A stretch of 50,243 bases of DNA from Candidatus Jorgensenbacteria bacterium. GTDB lineage: Bacteria > Patescibacteriota > Minisyncoccia > UBA6257 > GWB1-50-10. A program made the translations under genes and the position numbers. The notes beneath the pieces are model-generated. The model had not been told where the DNA came from. It saw only the letters and a program-made list of their open reading frames with translations, and ran no database searches. The stretch is taken from the NCBI GenBank assembly GCA_011050075.1, contig DRGK01000008.1, forward strand, positions 1-50,243, read 5' to 3'. Of this stretch, positions 17,990-26,279 are shown piece after piece; within the stretch, counting starts at the first letter, position 1, and the number at the start of each line of letters is the position of its first letter.

Positions 17990-18499
17990 TTAATCGTCAC
18001 TGATAATCACTTCAGTACCCAATTGAATTAAAGGGAAAAGTTGAAGCATATCAGGTATAGAGAGGCCAATACAACCATTTGAAACTGCAAGACCGATAGT
18101 TTCTGAACAAGTTATTGAATGAATACTGTATCGTTTTTCACCTCCTTTATATTCAAGTCCGAGTGCCCTCATTTTACTGTAGTCAATTCTTTTTAATCCA
18201 TCAGCACAATCAGCCCATGGAAGGAATTCCCCCTTTTTAGGTCCAGTAAGATATCTGAACACAGGACGTTCACGTTTAATCCAGATTACAGCTTTACCTA
18301 ATGGGGCAGGAGTTTCTATCTTTCCTACCCGAATAGGAAAACTAAGTATTAAACTGTCATTTTCAAAAGATCTCAAAATCCTGCTGTTTAAATGTATTCT
18401 TATTAGCTGGTTAGATACTGATTCAGCTTCTTCAGCAGACAGAAAATTAAGATGGGTAAGATGAATTAACAGCATTGCGAAAAGTACAGTTCTTAGCAT
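17990..18499 (-). CDS. L,D-transpeptidase (YkuD) family protein, secreted
   Basis: Signal peptide; FPIRVGK..TPAPLG; YSIHS...IGLAVSNGCIGL (H-x14-S-x-G-C); AGGAGG SD. Confidence 0.85.
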   Translation of the reverse strand: MLRTVLFAMLLIHLTHLNFLSAEEAESVSNQLIRIHLNSRILRSFENDSLILSFPIRVGKIETPAPLGKAVIWIKRERPVFRYLTGPKKGEFLPWADCADGLKRIDYSKMRALGLEYKGGEKRYSIHSITCSETIGLAVSNGCIGLSIPDMLQLFPLIQLGTEVIISDD

Positions 18500-18606
18500 T
18501 GGTTCCTCCTCCTGAATATTTCTTGATTATTTTGTCAATGTACAGGTCAAAACTATTTATAATTTATAATATATATTCGTTACTGTCAAACAATATTTGA
18601 ATTTTC

Positions 18607-18672
18607 TTGACCCCTCACCTTTCTAGAGACAGAAGGGTGAGGGGTTGACATAATAAGAATTTATGTTAGAAT
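18607..18672 (+). promoter_or_regulatory. 42-bp GC-rich inverted repeat fused to a TTGACA-16-TAGAAT promoter
   Basis: ACCCCTCACC.TTCT/AGAA.GGTGAGGGGT; the right arm runs into the -35 box. Confidence 0.6.
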
Positions 18673-18710
18673 GTAGGTGTTCATTAAAATTTTAAAAGGG
18701 GGATTTAGAA

Positions 18711-19061
18711 ATGACACGAAACCAAAGATTGGAAGATCTCTGGGAGCGATTCTTGAAAAAAGGATTAGGAGGACTAACCGACTATGAACTGCTTTATATG
18801 ATGGATGAGGTAGAGCATAGAGAAAGTGCTTTCCAGGAACTCTTAAAACGGGTAACCAACAGCTATAACCTCCGTTATATCATAAGGTTTTTTGAGTCCC
18901 ATAAAGAGAGAGCCTGGCAGGAGCTGGTAAGACTGGGCCCAACTAGCTATGACCTGGGATATATCATCAGTTTTACCGAGTCCTTAAAAAGTAAAGCTTC
19001 TCGGTTGTTAAAACAAATAGAGATTCTTAAAGAAGGGAGGAGAGCAAAAGCAATTTCTTAA
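18711..19061 (+). CDS. Hypothetical helical-repeat protein (about three 27-28 aa repeats)
   Basis: Repeats Y-x-L-x-Y-[IM]-[IM]...A-[FW]-QEL; SD-like AGGGGG; own promoter and terminator. Confidence 0.75.
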   Translation: MTRNQRLEDLWERFLKKGLGGLTDYELLYMMDEVEHRESAFQELLKRVTNSYNLRYIIRFFESHKERAWQELVRLGPTSYDLGYIISFTESLKSKASRLLKQIEILKEGRRAKAIS

Positions 19062-19069
19062 ACTCTCTA

Positions 19070-19101
19070 AAAAAGCACACTGTTTATTAGTGTGCTTTTT
19101 T
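19070..19101 (+). terminator. Intrinsic terminator
   Basis: AAAAAGCACACT-7 nt-AGTGTGCTTTTT. Confidence 0.75.
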
Positions 19102-19217
19102 CTTTTTCTTAACCTCGTCACTCATCGCGATGATTGACGAGGTTGACACAATAGTAAAGAAATGCTTATCTAAGATTAAGTAATTTTTAGATCTTTAACA
19201 ATAGAAGGGAGGGAGTT

Positions 19218-19635
19218 GTGAGGAATAGTTTAGTGGTATTGATACTGGTATTTGGATGGTCTATTTTAACTGTTTCTCCAGTATCTGCTGAATGGAAGGC
19301 ATACAACCTGGATACAAGTCCGGTAGATGAATATAAATGGGATAGGACAGAGAAAATCCTGTTCGGAACCTTTGTTACAGTTTTAGTTATTGACCTGATA
19401 CAAACTCAGTATATCTTCAAACATGATGAGTATAGAGAGCTCAATCCTATCATCAATGCCATTGGGCCTTGAGTGGACACCTCTGTATTATGCAACGCGT
19501 GTGGCTGCTATCTGGTGGGTCGCGGATGTCTACCCGTCAGGGAGACAGCGTAAAACTATATTGTGTCTGGTAGACGCTATAAATATCGTTTTAGTTGGCC
19601 ACAATTATTACATAGGCATAAAACTCAGTTTCTAA
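19218..19635 (+). pseudogene. Secreted/membrane hypothetical gene split by a one-base frameshift near 19467
   Basis: ORF1 ends ELNPIINAIGP-TGA; removing one C gives ...NAIGLEWTPLYY...GHNYYIGIKLSF, one continuous plausible protein; GGGAGG SD before GTG 19218. Confidence 0.6.
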
Positions 19636-19770
19636 TCAAAAAGACCAATCACTTGTTTCAGGTTGATCTTTTTCTTTTTAGCTTTACGGAGTTGACAAAT
19701 TTTAGAGATAGGTTATTCTGGTAACGGTTCTTTTCAGTTAACCCTCAACCCCCAATAAAAGGAGAAAACA

Positions 19771-20478
19771 ATGTTGAGGAAATCCGCAGTAATACTGGTT
19801 AGTATACTGTTCACCGCCCTGTTCTCCACCATGTTCTTCACCGGTTGTGAAGGCAATCTGCTGACTGAGCCAGCAATGTCAGAATCAGCAGTACTTGAAT
19901 CACCGATGTCGGAAGACCCTGGCATCTTCAGCCTGGCCAAAGGCAAGCCGGTCCCCGATACCTGTCTCACCATACAAAGTGGTGAGTTACTGTCATCAAC
20001 AGACGAGGTATTGACCACAGGTAATGACCGGTTCGGCTACAACTACCAGGCTCACATGTTCAATGGTCGCTACTGTGACAATGATCGCGTAATCGGCGGC
20101 GACTATTGTGATGTCAACCTGATTATGAAGTGGAACGATGCCTGGATGAGCAACCAAGACTGTGATGGGGATAACCTATTAGATAGACATTATGGCTATC
20201 CCTCTTACATCGGCTCCGGCGCCTGGCTAACAAATCATCAAAGTGGCGTAAATCCCGACGGTTCGCACTGGACATACTTCGTCAAGATTGTGGCCGCCCC
20301 GGCAGATGCAAATAAGGACAATGGTAACTGGTACACAGCTGATGGTACAGAGATCGGCCCGGTAATCTGGGGTCAATTTGCCGTAATCCAGCGAGTCTCC
20401 AATGATCCATTGTTTGGAGAGCATGGTATCCTATATAAATCACCGGCCTCCCCAGGATTCGGCTTCTATAAGCCGTAA
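19771..20478 (+). CDS. Putative lipoprotein/secreted hypothetical protein
   Basis: Signal peptide ending FTGC (lipobox-like); AAGGAG SD; W/G/Y/D-rich mature domain; own TTGACA promoter. Confidence 0.8.
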   Translation: MLRKSAVILVSILFTALFSTMFFTGCEGNLLTEPAMSESAVLESPMSEDPGIFSLAKGKPVPDTCLTIQSGELLSSTDEVLTTGNDRFGYNYQAHMFNGRYCDNDRVIGGDYCDVNLIMKWNDAWMSNQDCDGDNLLDRHYGYPSYIGSGAWLTNHQSGVNPDGSHWTYFVKIVAAPADANKDNGNWYTADGTEIGPVIWGQFAVIQRVSNDPLFGEHGILYKSPASPGFGFYKP

Positions 20479-20528
20479 TTTCATTGCCAGTATCCTGGCT
20501 GCGAAAACGACGTTTCAACGTCTTAACC

Positions 20529-20560
20529 AAAGCGGTTCGAATAACATCGAACCGCTTTTT
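20529..20560 (+). terminator. Intrinsic terminator
   Basis: AAAGCGGTTCGA-ATAACA-TCGAACCGCTTTTT. Confidence 0.75.
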
Positions 20561-20705
20561 AATTATGGTGAGATAAATCCTTATGCATGGAGAAAGTTTC
20601 TAAAAAAGAACATATTAGCTGTTATATGAGAGTGTATACATCGGGGTACGAACGTGTTGAAAATTCGCTTTGATAGTACTAAGATGCATAGAGTTATTGT
20701 AGAGA

Positions 20706-20777
20706 TCCGGGGTGGCGCAATGGTAGCGCGGGTGCCTGTTAAGCACTAGGTTGTGGGTTCGAATCCCACCCCCGGAG
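20706..20777 (+). tRNA. tRNA-Asn(GUU), CCA not encoded
   Basis: Acceptor TCCGGGG/CCCCGGA, anticodon loop CTGTTAA, T-arm GTGGG-TTCGAAT-CCCAC; upstream TTGAAA-17-TAAGAT. Confidence 0.96.
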
Positions 20778-20786
20778 CTGAAGAGT

Positions 20787-20821
20787 AAAATGAAGGCGCC
20801 CTTTGTGGGTGTCTTCATTTT
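20787..20821. terminator. Terminator hairpin after tRNA-Asn
   Basis: AAAATGAAGGCGCCC-TTTGT-GGGTGTCTTCATTTT. Confidence 0.7.
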
Positions 20822-20852
20822 ATCTGAAGCGAACGGGGATGAATGTAGTGAT

Positions 20853-20863
20853 ACCCCCGGAGC
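20853..20863 (+). repeat. Direct repeat of the tRNA-Asn 3' end (att-like)
   Basis: ACCCCCGGAGC occurs at both 20768-20778 and 20853-20863. Confidence 0.55.
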
Positions 20864-20885
20864 CGAGATAAAAATCTTGTGTGAG

Positions 20886-21827
20886 CTATCCCCACGAAAA
20901 ATCACGGCCAAAGTGACCCCATTGCGATGTTTTTGACCACCTTACTTCTTTTAATTTGAGGAATTCATAAATACCGCTTGGTGATAAGTCATATTCAGAA
21001 ATCTTTGTTTCTTTTCCATCAACTTCCGCAACTGCCATAATCGGCTCTTTTTTTCCTATTGCATAGGCAAGCTTCACACGAACAAATTCTGCGCTTTCTT
21101 TTTTCAAAAGATCTACTGCGACTCTTCGTGCCATATATGCGCCGCTTCTATCCACTTTTGTATAATCTTTTCCAGAGAACGATCCTCCGCCAACGCCAAT
21201 TTCCGGTCCATAGTTGTCAATAATGATTTTTCTTCCAGATAGTCCTGAATCTGCGTCAAAGCCCCCAAGCATCCATTCGCCTGCAGGATTAATAAGATAT
21301 TCATCCGCTGTTATGTTTTCACGCACAAGTTTTTCTAGTTCTTGTGTTTTTGAATTCTGGAAACTTGCAACTACTGTTTTTATGTTTCCGTCTTCAATCG
21401 TAACTTGCGTTTTCCCATCATACGGATATTTCTCGTATATGTTCTTGCATAAGTTTCTTGCAAGCTCGTATTCAAGCGGCATAAAATTCTTTGTCTCACG
21501 AGTTGCATAACCAATCATAATTCCCTGATCTCCCGCACCTCCCGTATCAACGCCCTGAGCAATAAACTGACTCTGTTTTGAAATATAAACACTTACTACA
21601 TACTCCTCACCAACAATATTTTTTACAATCTGAGGCATATCAATATTCGCCTTGCTCGTAATTTCTCCTGATAGGGATATGTTTTTATGCCCACCCATCA
21701 CCTCAATCGCAACCCTGCTCTCTGGATCACCTATAAGAAAAGCATCAAGAATTGAGTCAGCAATAAAGTCACATATTTTGTCTGGATGCTTGGGTGAAAC
21801 AAACTCACATGTTTTTGTGGTGTTCAT
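20886..21827 (-). CDS. metK: S-adenosylmethionine synthetase, compact form (313 aa)
   Basis: EFVSPKHPDKICD, GAGDQG, DSGLSGRKII, GGGSFSGKDYTKVDRSGAY, WGHFGR. Confidence 0.97.
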   Translation of the reverse strand: MNTTKTCEFVSPKHPDKICDFIADSILDAFLIGDPESRVAIEVMGGHKNISLSGEITSKANIDMPQIVKNIVGEEYVVSVYISKQSQFIAQGVDTGGAGDQGIMIGYATRETKNFMPLEYELARNLCKNIYEKYPYDGKTQVTIEDGNIKTVVASFQNSKTQELEKLVRENITADEYLINPAGEWMLGGFDADSGLSGRKIIIDNYGPEIGVGGGSFSGKDYTKVDRSGAYMARRVAVDLLKKESAEFVRVKLAYAIGKKEPIMAVAEVDGKETKISEYDLSPSGIYEFLKLKEVRWSKTSQWGHFGRDFSWG

Positions 21828-21835
21828 GTTTTTTT

Positions 21836-21866
21836 GAATAAAAATCTCTTTCCTTGCGGAAAGAGC
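21836..21866 (-). terminator. Expression-platform terminator of the SAM-I riboswitch
   Basis: CTCTTTCC-GCAA-GGAAAGAG then ATTTTTATT on the minus strand. Confidence 0.8.
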
Positions 21867-21875
21867 ATTAGATTT

Positions 21876-21972
21876 TTATCTCTCCCTTTATGGGGCTGAA
21901 GTTGGCACTTTGTCCTTTCGGATAAGTTGCTGGTGGGTCCATGGGTCAGTTCCCTCGCCACACTCTTGATAA
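21876..21972 (-). ncRNA. SAM-I (S-box) riboswitch upstream of metK
   Basis: TTATCAAGAG...GCGAGGGA.CTGACCC...CAGCAAC...GTGCCAA...AGAGATAA; P1 TTATC/GATAA. Confidence 0.92.
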
Positions 21973-21994
21973 TTCGCTATTCAACTGTATTTAT

Positions 21995-22022
21995 ATTATA
22001 TCAAAACCTATTCTTTATTCAA
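21995..22022 (-). promoter_or_regulatory. Promoter of the metK leader
   Basis: TTGAAT-16-TATAAT with extended TG. Confidence 0.65.
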
Positions 22023-22093
22023 TGTTCTATAATATTGCGATTTTCCTATGCAAATATTAGTACTTTCTCTAATTCTCTTCGTATATTCACCCA

Positions 22094-22201
22094 ATCCAGA
22101 GTTCTTTTATCCCTCAAGTCGGGACCTCCGGCTTGTCCAGTTGGAGGAGCCATAACAGGTTCCGTATCTTAAAACCGTCTCGATAAGGGGCGGTTTTTTT
22201 T
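22094..22201 (+). ncRNA. Unclassified structured RNA candidate followed by a terminator
   Basis: Nested stems CGGGACCT/AGGTTCCG, GGCT/AGCC and TCC/GGA; then AACCGTCTC/GGGCGGTT + T-run. Confidence 0.4.
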
Positions 22202-22215
22202 GATATACTTTACGC

Positions 22216-22866
22216 ATGGCAGTTTTCCCGAAATACTTTGATGGTGCTGATAAAATTCAGCTCATTATTTCATACCTTATACGGTTGGCATTGGTGGTTG
22301 CAATAGGGGAAGCGGTATTTGTCCAGGAATGGGTTGCGCTGTTTGTGAGTTTTCTTATATTACTACTCACTTTTATTCCCGCTTTTATGTACAGAAACTT
22401 CAAGATTCACCTACCCATTGAACTTGAGCTTACTACTGTCGTTTTCGTTTACGCAGCTATATTTCTTGGCATGGTGCGTGATTACTATGTCCAGGTTTGG
22501 TGGTGGGATATTTTAGTGCATGCGATGCTTGGGATTGTCATGGGATTTGCGGGATTTCTCATTCTTTTCATGCTGTATCATAGGAATAAAGTGAAGGCGA
22601 GTCCTTTTATGATTGCTATATTTTCATTTTGTTTTGCGGTTGCGATTGGTGCTCTGTGGGAGATTGTTGAGTTTTTTATGGACGAGGCGTTCGGACTGAA
22701 CATGCAGAAGTCAGGGTTGGTAGATACAATGTGGGATATCATTGTGGATGTGGGAGGTGCATTCCTTGCTTCCGCCATAGGATATTTTTATATCAAGGGT
22801 GGTAGCCCCAGACTGGTTAATCGCATCGTACAGAAGTTTTTGCTCCAGAACCCCCGATTTAAGTGA
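22216..22866 (+). CDS. Integral membrane protein (DUF2238-like, WWWD..H and WEI.EF..D motifs)
   Basis: Multiple TM helices; WWWDILVH, GALWEIVEFFMD, GLVDTMWD; TGATATACT 6 nt before the ATG. Confidence 0.85.
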   Translation: MAVFPKYFDGADKIQLIISYLIRLALVVAIGEAVFVQEWVALFVSFLILLLTFIPAFMYRNFKIHLPIELELTTVVFVYAAIFLGMVRDYYVQVWWWDILVHAMLGIVMGFAGFLILFMLYHRNKVKASPFMIAIFSFCFAVAIGALWEIVEFFMDEAFGLNMQKSGLVDTMWDIIVDVGGAFLASAIGYFYIKGGSPRLVNRIVQKFLLQNPRFK

Positions 22867-22964
22867 ATAAAATTTCAGTTATGTAGATTGACGTGGATGT
22901 GGTGACGTGTTGTACTGAATGATAGTAGTTTTATTTGAATAAATCATAGGACAAGGAGCATGCT

Positions 22965-23354
22965 ATGGAATCGATAGATACATTTGCAGAGCATCTGGGT
23001 ATCTGTGAACACTGCGGTGAAATTCTCGTTCTGGATCGTATGACATCGTTAGATATTGAAGACTACGATCCGTACTGGTTGCCCTGTTGGCATTGTAATC
23101 ACCTTACCTCTATGGCGAGCTGGGGTATGTTGGTAGATCCTAACGATCATAGTGACTGTCCTGCTTTTGTGCGTAGAAGATGGGTGGGACCGCATGGTGA
23201 ATTTGTTAGGGAAAAACCGACGCAGTGTTTTATACTGCCGTTGCGGTATCTGTCCGATACAGAACTCCATGTTTCGGTTGGCACTCCTCATCTGAAGGAT
23301 GTACCAACAATCGTGGTAGACACGCACCTGTTTGGTACGATGTGTATCAATTAG
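22965..23354 (+). CDS. Hypothetical protein with CxxC...CxxC (possible Zn binding)
   Basis: CEHC and CWHC; AGGAG SD; upstream TTGACG promoter-like sequence. Confidence 0.7.
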   Translation: MESIDTFAEHLGICEHCGEILVLDRMTSLDIEDYDPYWLPCWHCNHLTSMASWGMLVDPNDHSDCPAFVRRRWVGPHGEFVREKPTQCFILPLRYLSDTELHVSVGTPHLKDVPTIVVDTHLFGTMCIN

Positions 23355-23457
23355 CATCAATCACCCCATCAACATTAACCGCTGAGTTATCTCAATTCAG
23401 CGGTTTTTATTACACTCGGGTTGTACTGCTTTGCGAGCGTGGTATGATAGCCGAGTT

Positions 23458-24327
23458 ATGGATACGCGACTCAGAAAGAAAATACTCGCGTTTCAGCGAG
23501 CAGAAATAACCGAGCACTATATTTACAACCGCCTCGCGCGCGGCATGAAAGATACCCATAACCGTGAGGTGCTCGAGCGCATTGCGGCCGATGAAAAGAA
23601 ACACCACGATTTTTGGAAACAGCGAACCGGTGAGACCGTATCACCGAGGCAGTTCGTGGTACTGTGGTACGTCATTATAGCGAAGGTCTTTGGCCTCACG
23701 TTTGGCGTGAGACTCATGGAGAGGGGAGAGGGATACGCGCAAAAAAATTACCGTGCCGTCGCCCATGTCGTTTCTGAGGTGGAATCGATCATTAAAGATG
23801 AAGAAGAGCATGAACGTGAACTCATTGCGCTACTTCACGAAGAGCGTCTCACGTATATTGGCTCGGTCGTGCTTGGGCTCAACGACGCGCTGGTTGAGCT
23901 AACCGGCGTGCTTGCCGGATTAACATTTGCGTTGCGGCAAACGGAATTAATAGCACTCGTTGGATTGGTAACCGGCATCGCCGCGTCTCTTTCTATGGCA
24001 GCGTCGGAGTACCTATCTTCGAAGGAAGGTGATATATCGAAAACAAATCCACTAAAGGCTGCAACCTACACCGGTATTGCGTATGTGATAACGGTCTTTT
24101 TGCTTGTGATGCCATACCTTTTGCTTGAGAATGTGTATGTGGCACTCGGAATAACACTGATCACTGCAGTCGTAATTATATTTGGTTTTACGTTCTATAT
24201 TTCGGTTGCGAAAGACGTTCCATTCTGGAAACGCTTCTTGGAAATGGCAGTGATTAGCTTGGGCGTTGCCGCGCTCTCATTTATAATAGGACTTGTGATA
24301 CGCAATGTTCTCGGGATAGAGATTTAG
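23458..24327 (+). CDS. VIT1/CCC1 family Fe/Mn exporter with N-terminal ferritin/rubrerythrin-like domain
   Basis: E..E...Y, DEKKH, E..HE carboxylate motifs; VLGLNDALVE, ASLSMAASEYLS. Confidence 0.92.
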   Translation: MDTRLRKKILAFQRAEITEHYIYNRLARGMKDTHNREVLERIAADEKKHHDFWKQRTGETVSPRQFVVLWYVIIAKVFGLTFGVRLMERGEGYAQKNYRAVAHVVSEVESIIKDEEEHERELIALLHEERLTYIGSVVLGLNDALVELTGVLAGLTFALRQTELIALVGLVTGIAASLSMAASEYLSSKEGDISKTNPLKAATYTGIAYVITVFLLVMPYLLLENVYVALGITLITAVVIIFGFTFYISVAKDVPFWKRFLEMAVISLGVAALSFIIGLVIRNVLGIEI

Positions 24328-24346
24328 GGAAGAAAATTACAGACCT

Positions 24347-25168
24347 ATGACAAATGACAATTATCAAAATGCTGAAGAAGAAATCCAAGAGATAGAGAAT
24401 CGTCTCAGAACTCTTAAACAGCAATCACGAAGGGGGCGTGGGGACCGATACATTCTCCCGACATCCATTCTTATAGCAGTGCTTCTCATTTCTGGCGCAT
24501 TTATTTATTCACAAGGAAAATCTGTAAGTCCGCAACAGGCTTCTTTGGGGAACGCGGTTCCGCAACAGGCATCATCTCCGGGTTTTGGCAGTAGGTCGTT
24601 AGACAATTTAAGACCGGTGAGTTCAGAAGATCACATCAATGGTGATCCTAATGCGCCGGTAAAAATTATTGAGTATTCTGATTTCGAGTGTCCATTTTGC
24701 AAACGCTTCCATCCAACCATGCAGCAGGCCATGGATGAATATGGCAAAAGCGGGCAGGTTGCATGGGTATACCGCCACTTTCCCCTTGATCAGCTTCACC
24801 CTGTCAAGGCACGTCTTGAAGCTGTTGCATCAGAGTGTGTAAATGAGATTGGTGGAAACAACGCTTTTTGGCAGTTTGCTAATCGGTTTTTTGAACTCAC
24901 GCCATCAAATAATCAGACAGATGTTGATACTATTTTACCCCAGATAGCCCAAGAAATCGGTATTGACCGAGACAGATTTCAGTCATGTCTTGAAAGCGGT
25001 AAGTATGATGACCACATTCAAGATGATATTGATAACGCTATTGCCACGGGCGGCCGTGGTACGCCATGGAGTATTATTGTCACCGAAAATGGTCAAACAT
25101 TTCCTATAAATGGTGCACAACCTTATCAATTAGTGAAGCAGCTTATTGATTTAGCACTACGTGAGTAA
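24347..25168 (+). CDS. Membrane-anchored DsbA-like thioredoxin-fold protein
   Basis: EYSDFECPFCKRFH, YRHFPL, GTP cis-Pro loop, GAQPY. Confidence 0.93.
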   Translation: MTNDNYQNAEEEIQEIENRLRTLKQQSRRGRGDRYILPTSILIAVLLISGAFIYSQGKSVSPQQASLGNAVPQQASSPGFGSRSLDNLRPVSSEDHINGDPNAPVKIIEYSDFECPFCKRFHPTMQQAMDEYGKSGQVAWVYRHFPLDQLHPVKARLEAVASECVNEIGGNNAFWQFANRFFELTPSNNQTDVDTILPQIAQEIGIDRDRFQSCLESGKYDDHIQDDIDNAIATGGRGTPWSIIVTENGQTFPINGAQPYQLVKQLIDLALRE

Positions 25169-25722
25169 TGATGATCCTCTCAGCACTCAAAAACGTATTC
25201 AATAATGCTCGCTACAGTCTTATTGCTGTCCTAGTTTCTACGGCAATTTTTGCATTTGCCGTTTGGCTTCCTAATTGGCGGCTCATAGCAACTATTATTA
25301 CGTCAGAGACTGCAATGTTTACCGAAAAAATAAGTATTCTACTTAGTTTTTTTGGCTCAATTAGTACTAACTTCACCATTGTATCAGCATCTTATACTAT
25401 TCTCATTGCCATATTATTCGGCATTAACATCGCAATGATTATATATTTGTTCTCACGAAAAGCAGCCGCCGTAAAGCAAAATGGCTTAGTAATAAGTATC
25501 GGAGGTGTTATCAGCGGTATGCTTGGCGTTGGTTGCGCTACGTGTGGCTCGGTTATTCTTACCTCCATCCTTCCACTTATCGGGGTCGGTGGGGTGCTTG
25601 CAATTTTCCCTTTTGGTGGACAGGAGTTTGGCGTGTTTGGTGTCGGTATGCTCGGCTTTTCTATTTTTTTAATTGCGAAAAAGATTCAAGACCCACTTGT
25701 GTGTTATGTTAATAAAGAATAA
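25168..25722 (+). CDS. Membrane protein with GxGCxxC motif
   Basis: Four or more TM segments; GVGCATCGS; coupled to the dsbA-like gene. Confidence 0.8.
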   Translation: MMILSALKNVFNNARYSLIAVLVSTAIFAFAVWLPNWRLIATIITSETAMFTEKISILLSFFGSISTNFTIVSASYTILIAILFGINIAMIIYLFSRKAAAVKQNGLVISIGGVISGMLGVGCATCGSVILTSILPLIGVGGVLAIFPFGGQEFGVFGVGMLGFSIFLIAKKIQDPLVCYVNKE

Positions 25723-25739
25723 AATAGTACAATAACACC

Positions 25740-26192
25740 ATGCGATTAAGAATTCTCCCAATTCTCCTTATTTTTAGTCTTTTAACCGTTGGTGTTTTAG
25801 GTTTTTTTGGACTTAATCACGGCGGACAGCATAGCTGCCCTATTTCTTTACTGTCAGGGGATAATTGTCCGCCTATTGGAGGTACCTTTGCTCTTGTGTT
25901 TCATCATATGTCAGGATTACAAAGTTTTACACAATCTATAGTAAATCTCGACACTTCTTTATTAATACTTTACGCCATTCTTATTTTTGCATTTTTATCC
26001 TTTTCAAGGTTCTTGCAAAAGGCAACCTTGCTGCAGCCCTCTTCTTTTCAAAGATATAATAGAACAACAGAATCTCGTTTCTTACCCAAAAGACAGTTAA
26101 TGCGCTGGCTTGCACTTCACCATAAGCGAGATCCGCATGCACTTCAGTGGGTGCATGATGCTTGCCCTGAGCTTAGTCGAAGGGTATCCTGA
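25740..26192 (+). CDS. Membrane-targeted Cys/His protein, possible regulatory upstream ORF
   Basis: Signal/TM segment, HSCP...NCP...HH, second TM, C-terminal RWLALHH; TACAAT 6 nt before the ATG. Confidence 0.7.
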   Translation: MRLRILPILLIFSLLTVGVLGFFGLNHGGQHSCPISLLSGDNCPPIGGTFALVFHHMSGLQSFTQSIVNLDTSLLILYAILIFAFLSFSRFLQKATLLQPSSFQRYNRTTESRFLPKRQLMRWLALHHKRDPHALQWVHDACPELSRRVS

Positions 26193-26204
26193 TTTGCTCA
26201 GGGC
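26164..26204. repeat. Inverted repeat enclosing the stop codon; contains a REP-like CCCTGAGCTTAGTCGAAGGG sequence
   Basis: GCCCTGAGC (26164-26172) / GCTCAGGGC (26196-26204). Confidence 0.55.
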
Positions 26205-26235
26205 TACTTACTCGTTTAAGGTCTTAATTGTCATG

Positions 26236-26265
26236 CACCCGTTCAAATTCTTGGACGGGTGTTTT
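26236..26265 (+). terminator. Terminator just upstream of the DUF1573-like gene
   Basis: CACCCGTTCAA-ATTC-TTGGACGGGTG then TTTT. Confidence 0.7.
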
Positions 26266-26279
26266 GATTTATAAAAATT

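Noticed and set aside
18607-19146. Integron attC sites
   Set aside because: The inverted repeats are only 38-42 bp, lack the L-box pair, do not match GTTRRRY, and no intI is present; kept only as an unexplained motif
20615-20936. ORFs of 98 and 61 aa across tRNA-Asn
   Set aside because: Translations of tRNA and terminator sequence
22118-22165. Possible SRP (4.5S) RNA or HDV-like ribozyme
   Set aside because: The loop is AGTT rather than GNRA and the AGCAG motif is absent; the nested pseudoknot order of HDV ribozymes could not be built
21927-22172. 81-aa + strand ORF
   Set aside because: Overlaps the SAM-I riboswitch, promoters and a structured RNA; no start signal
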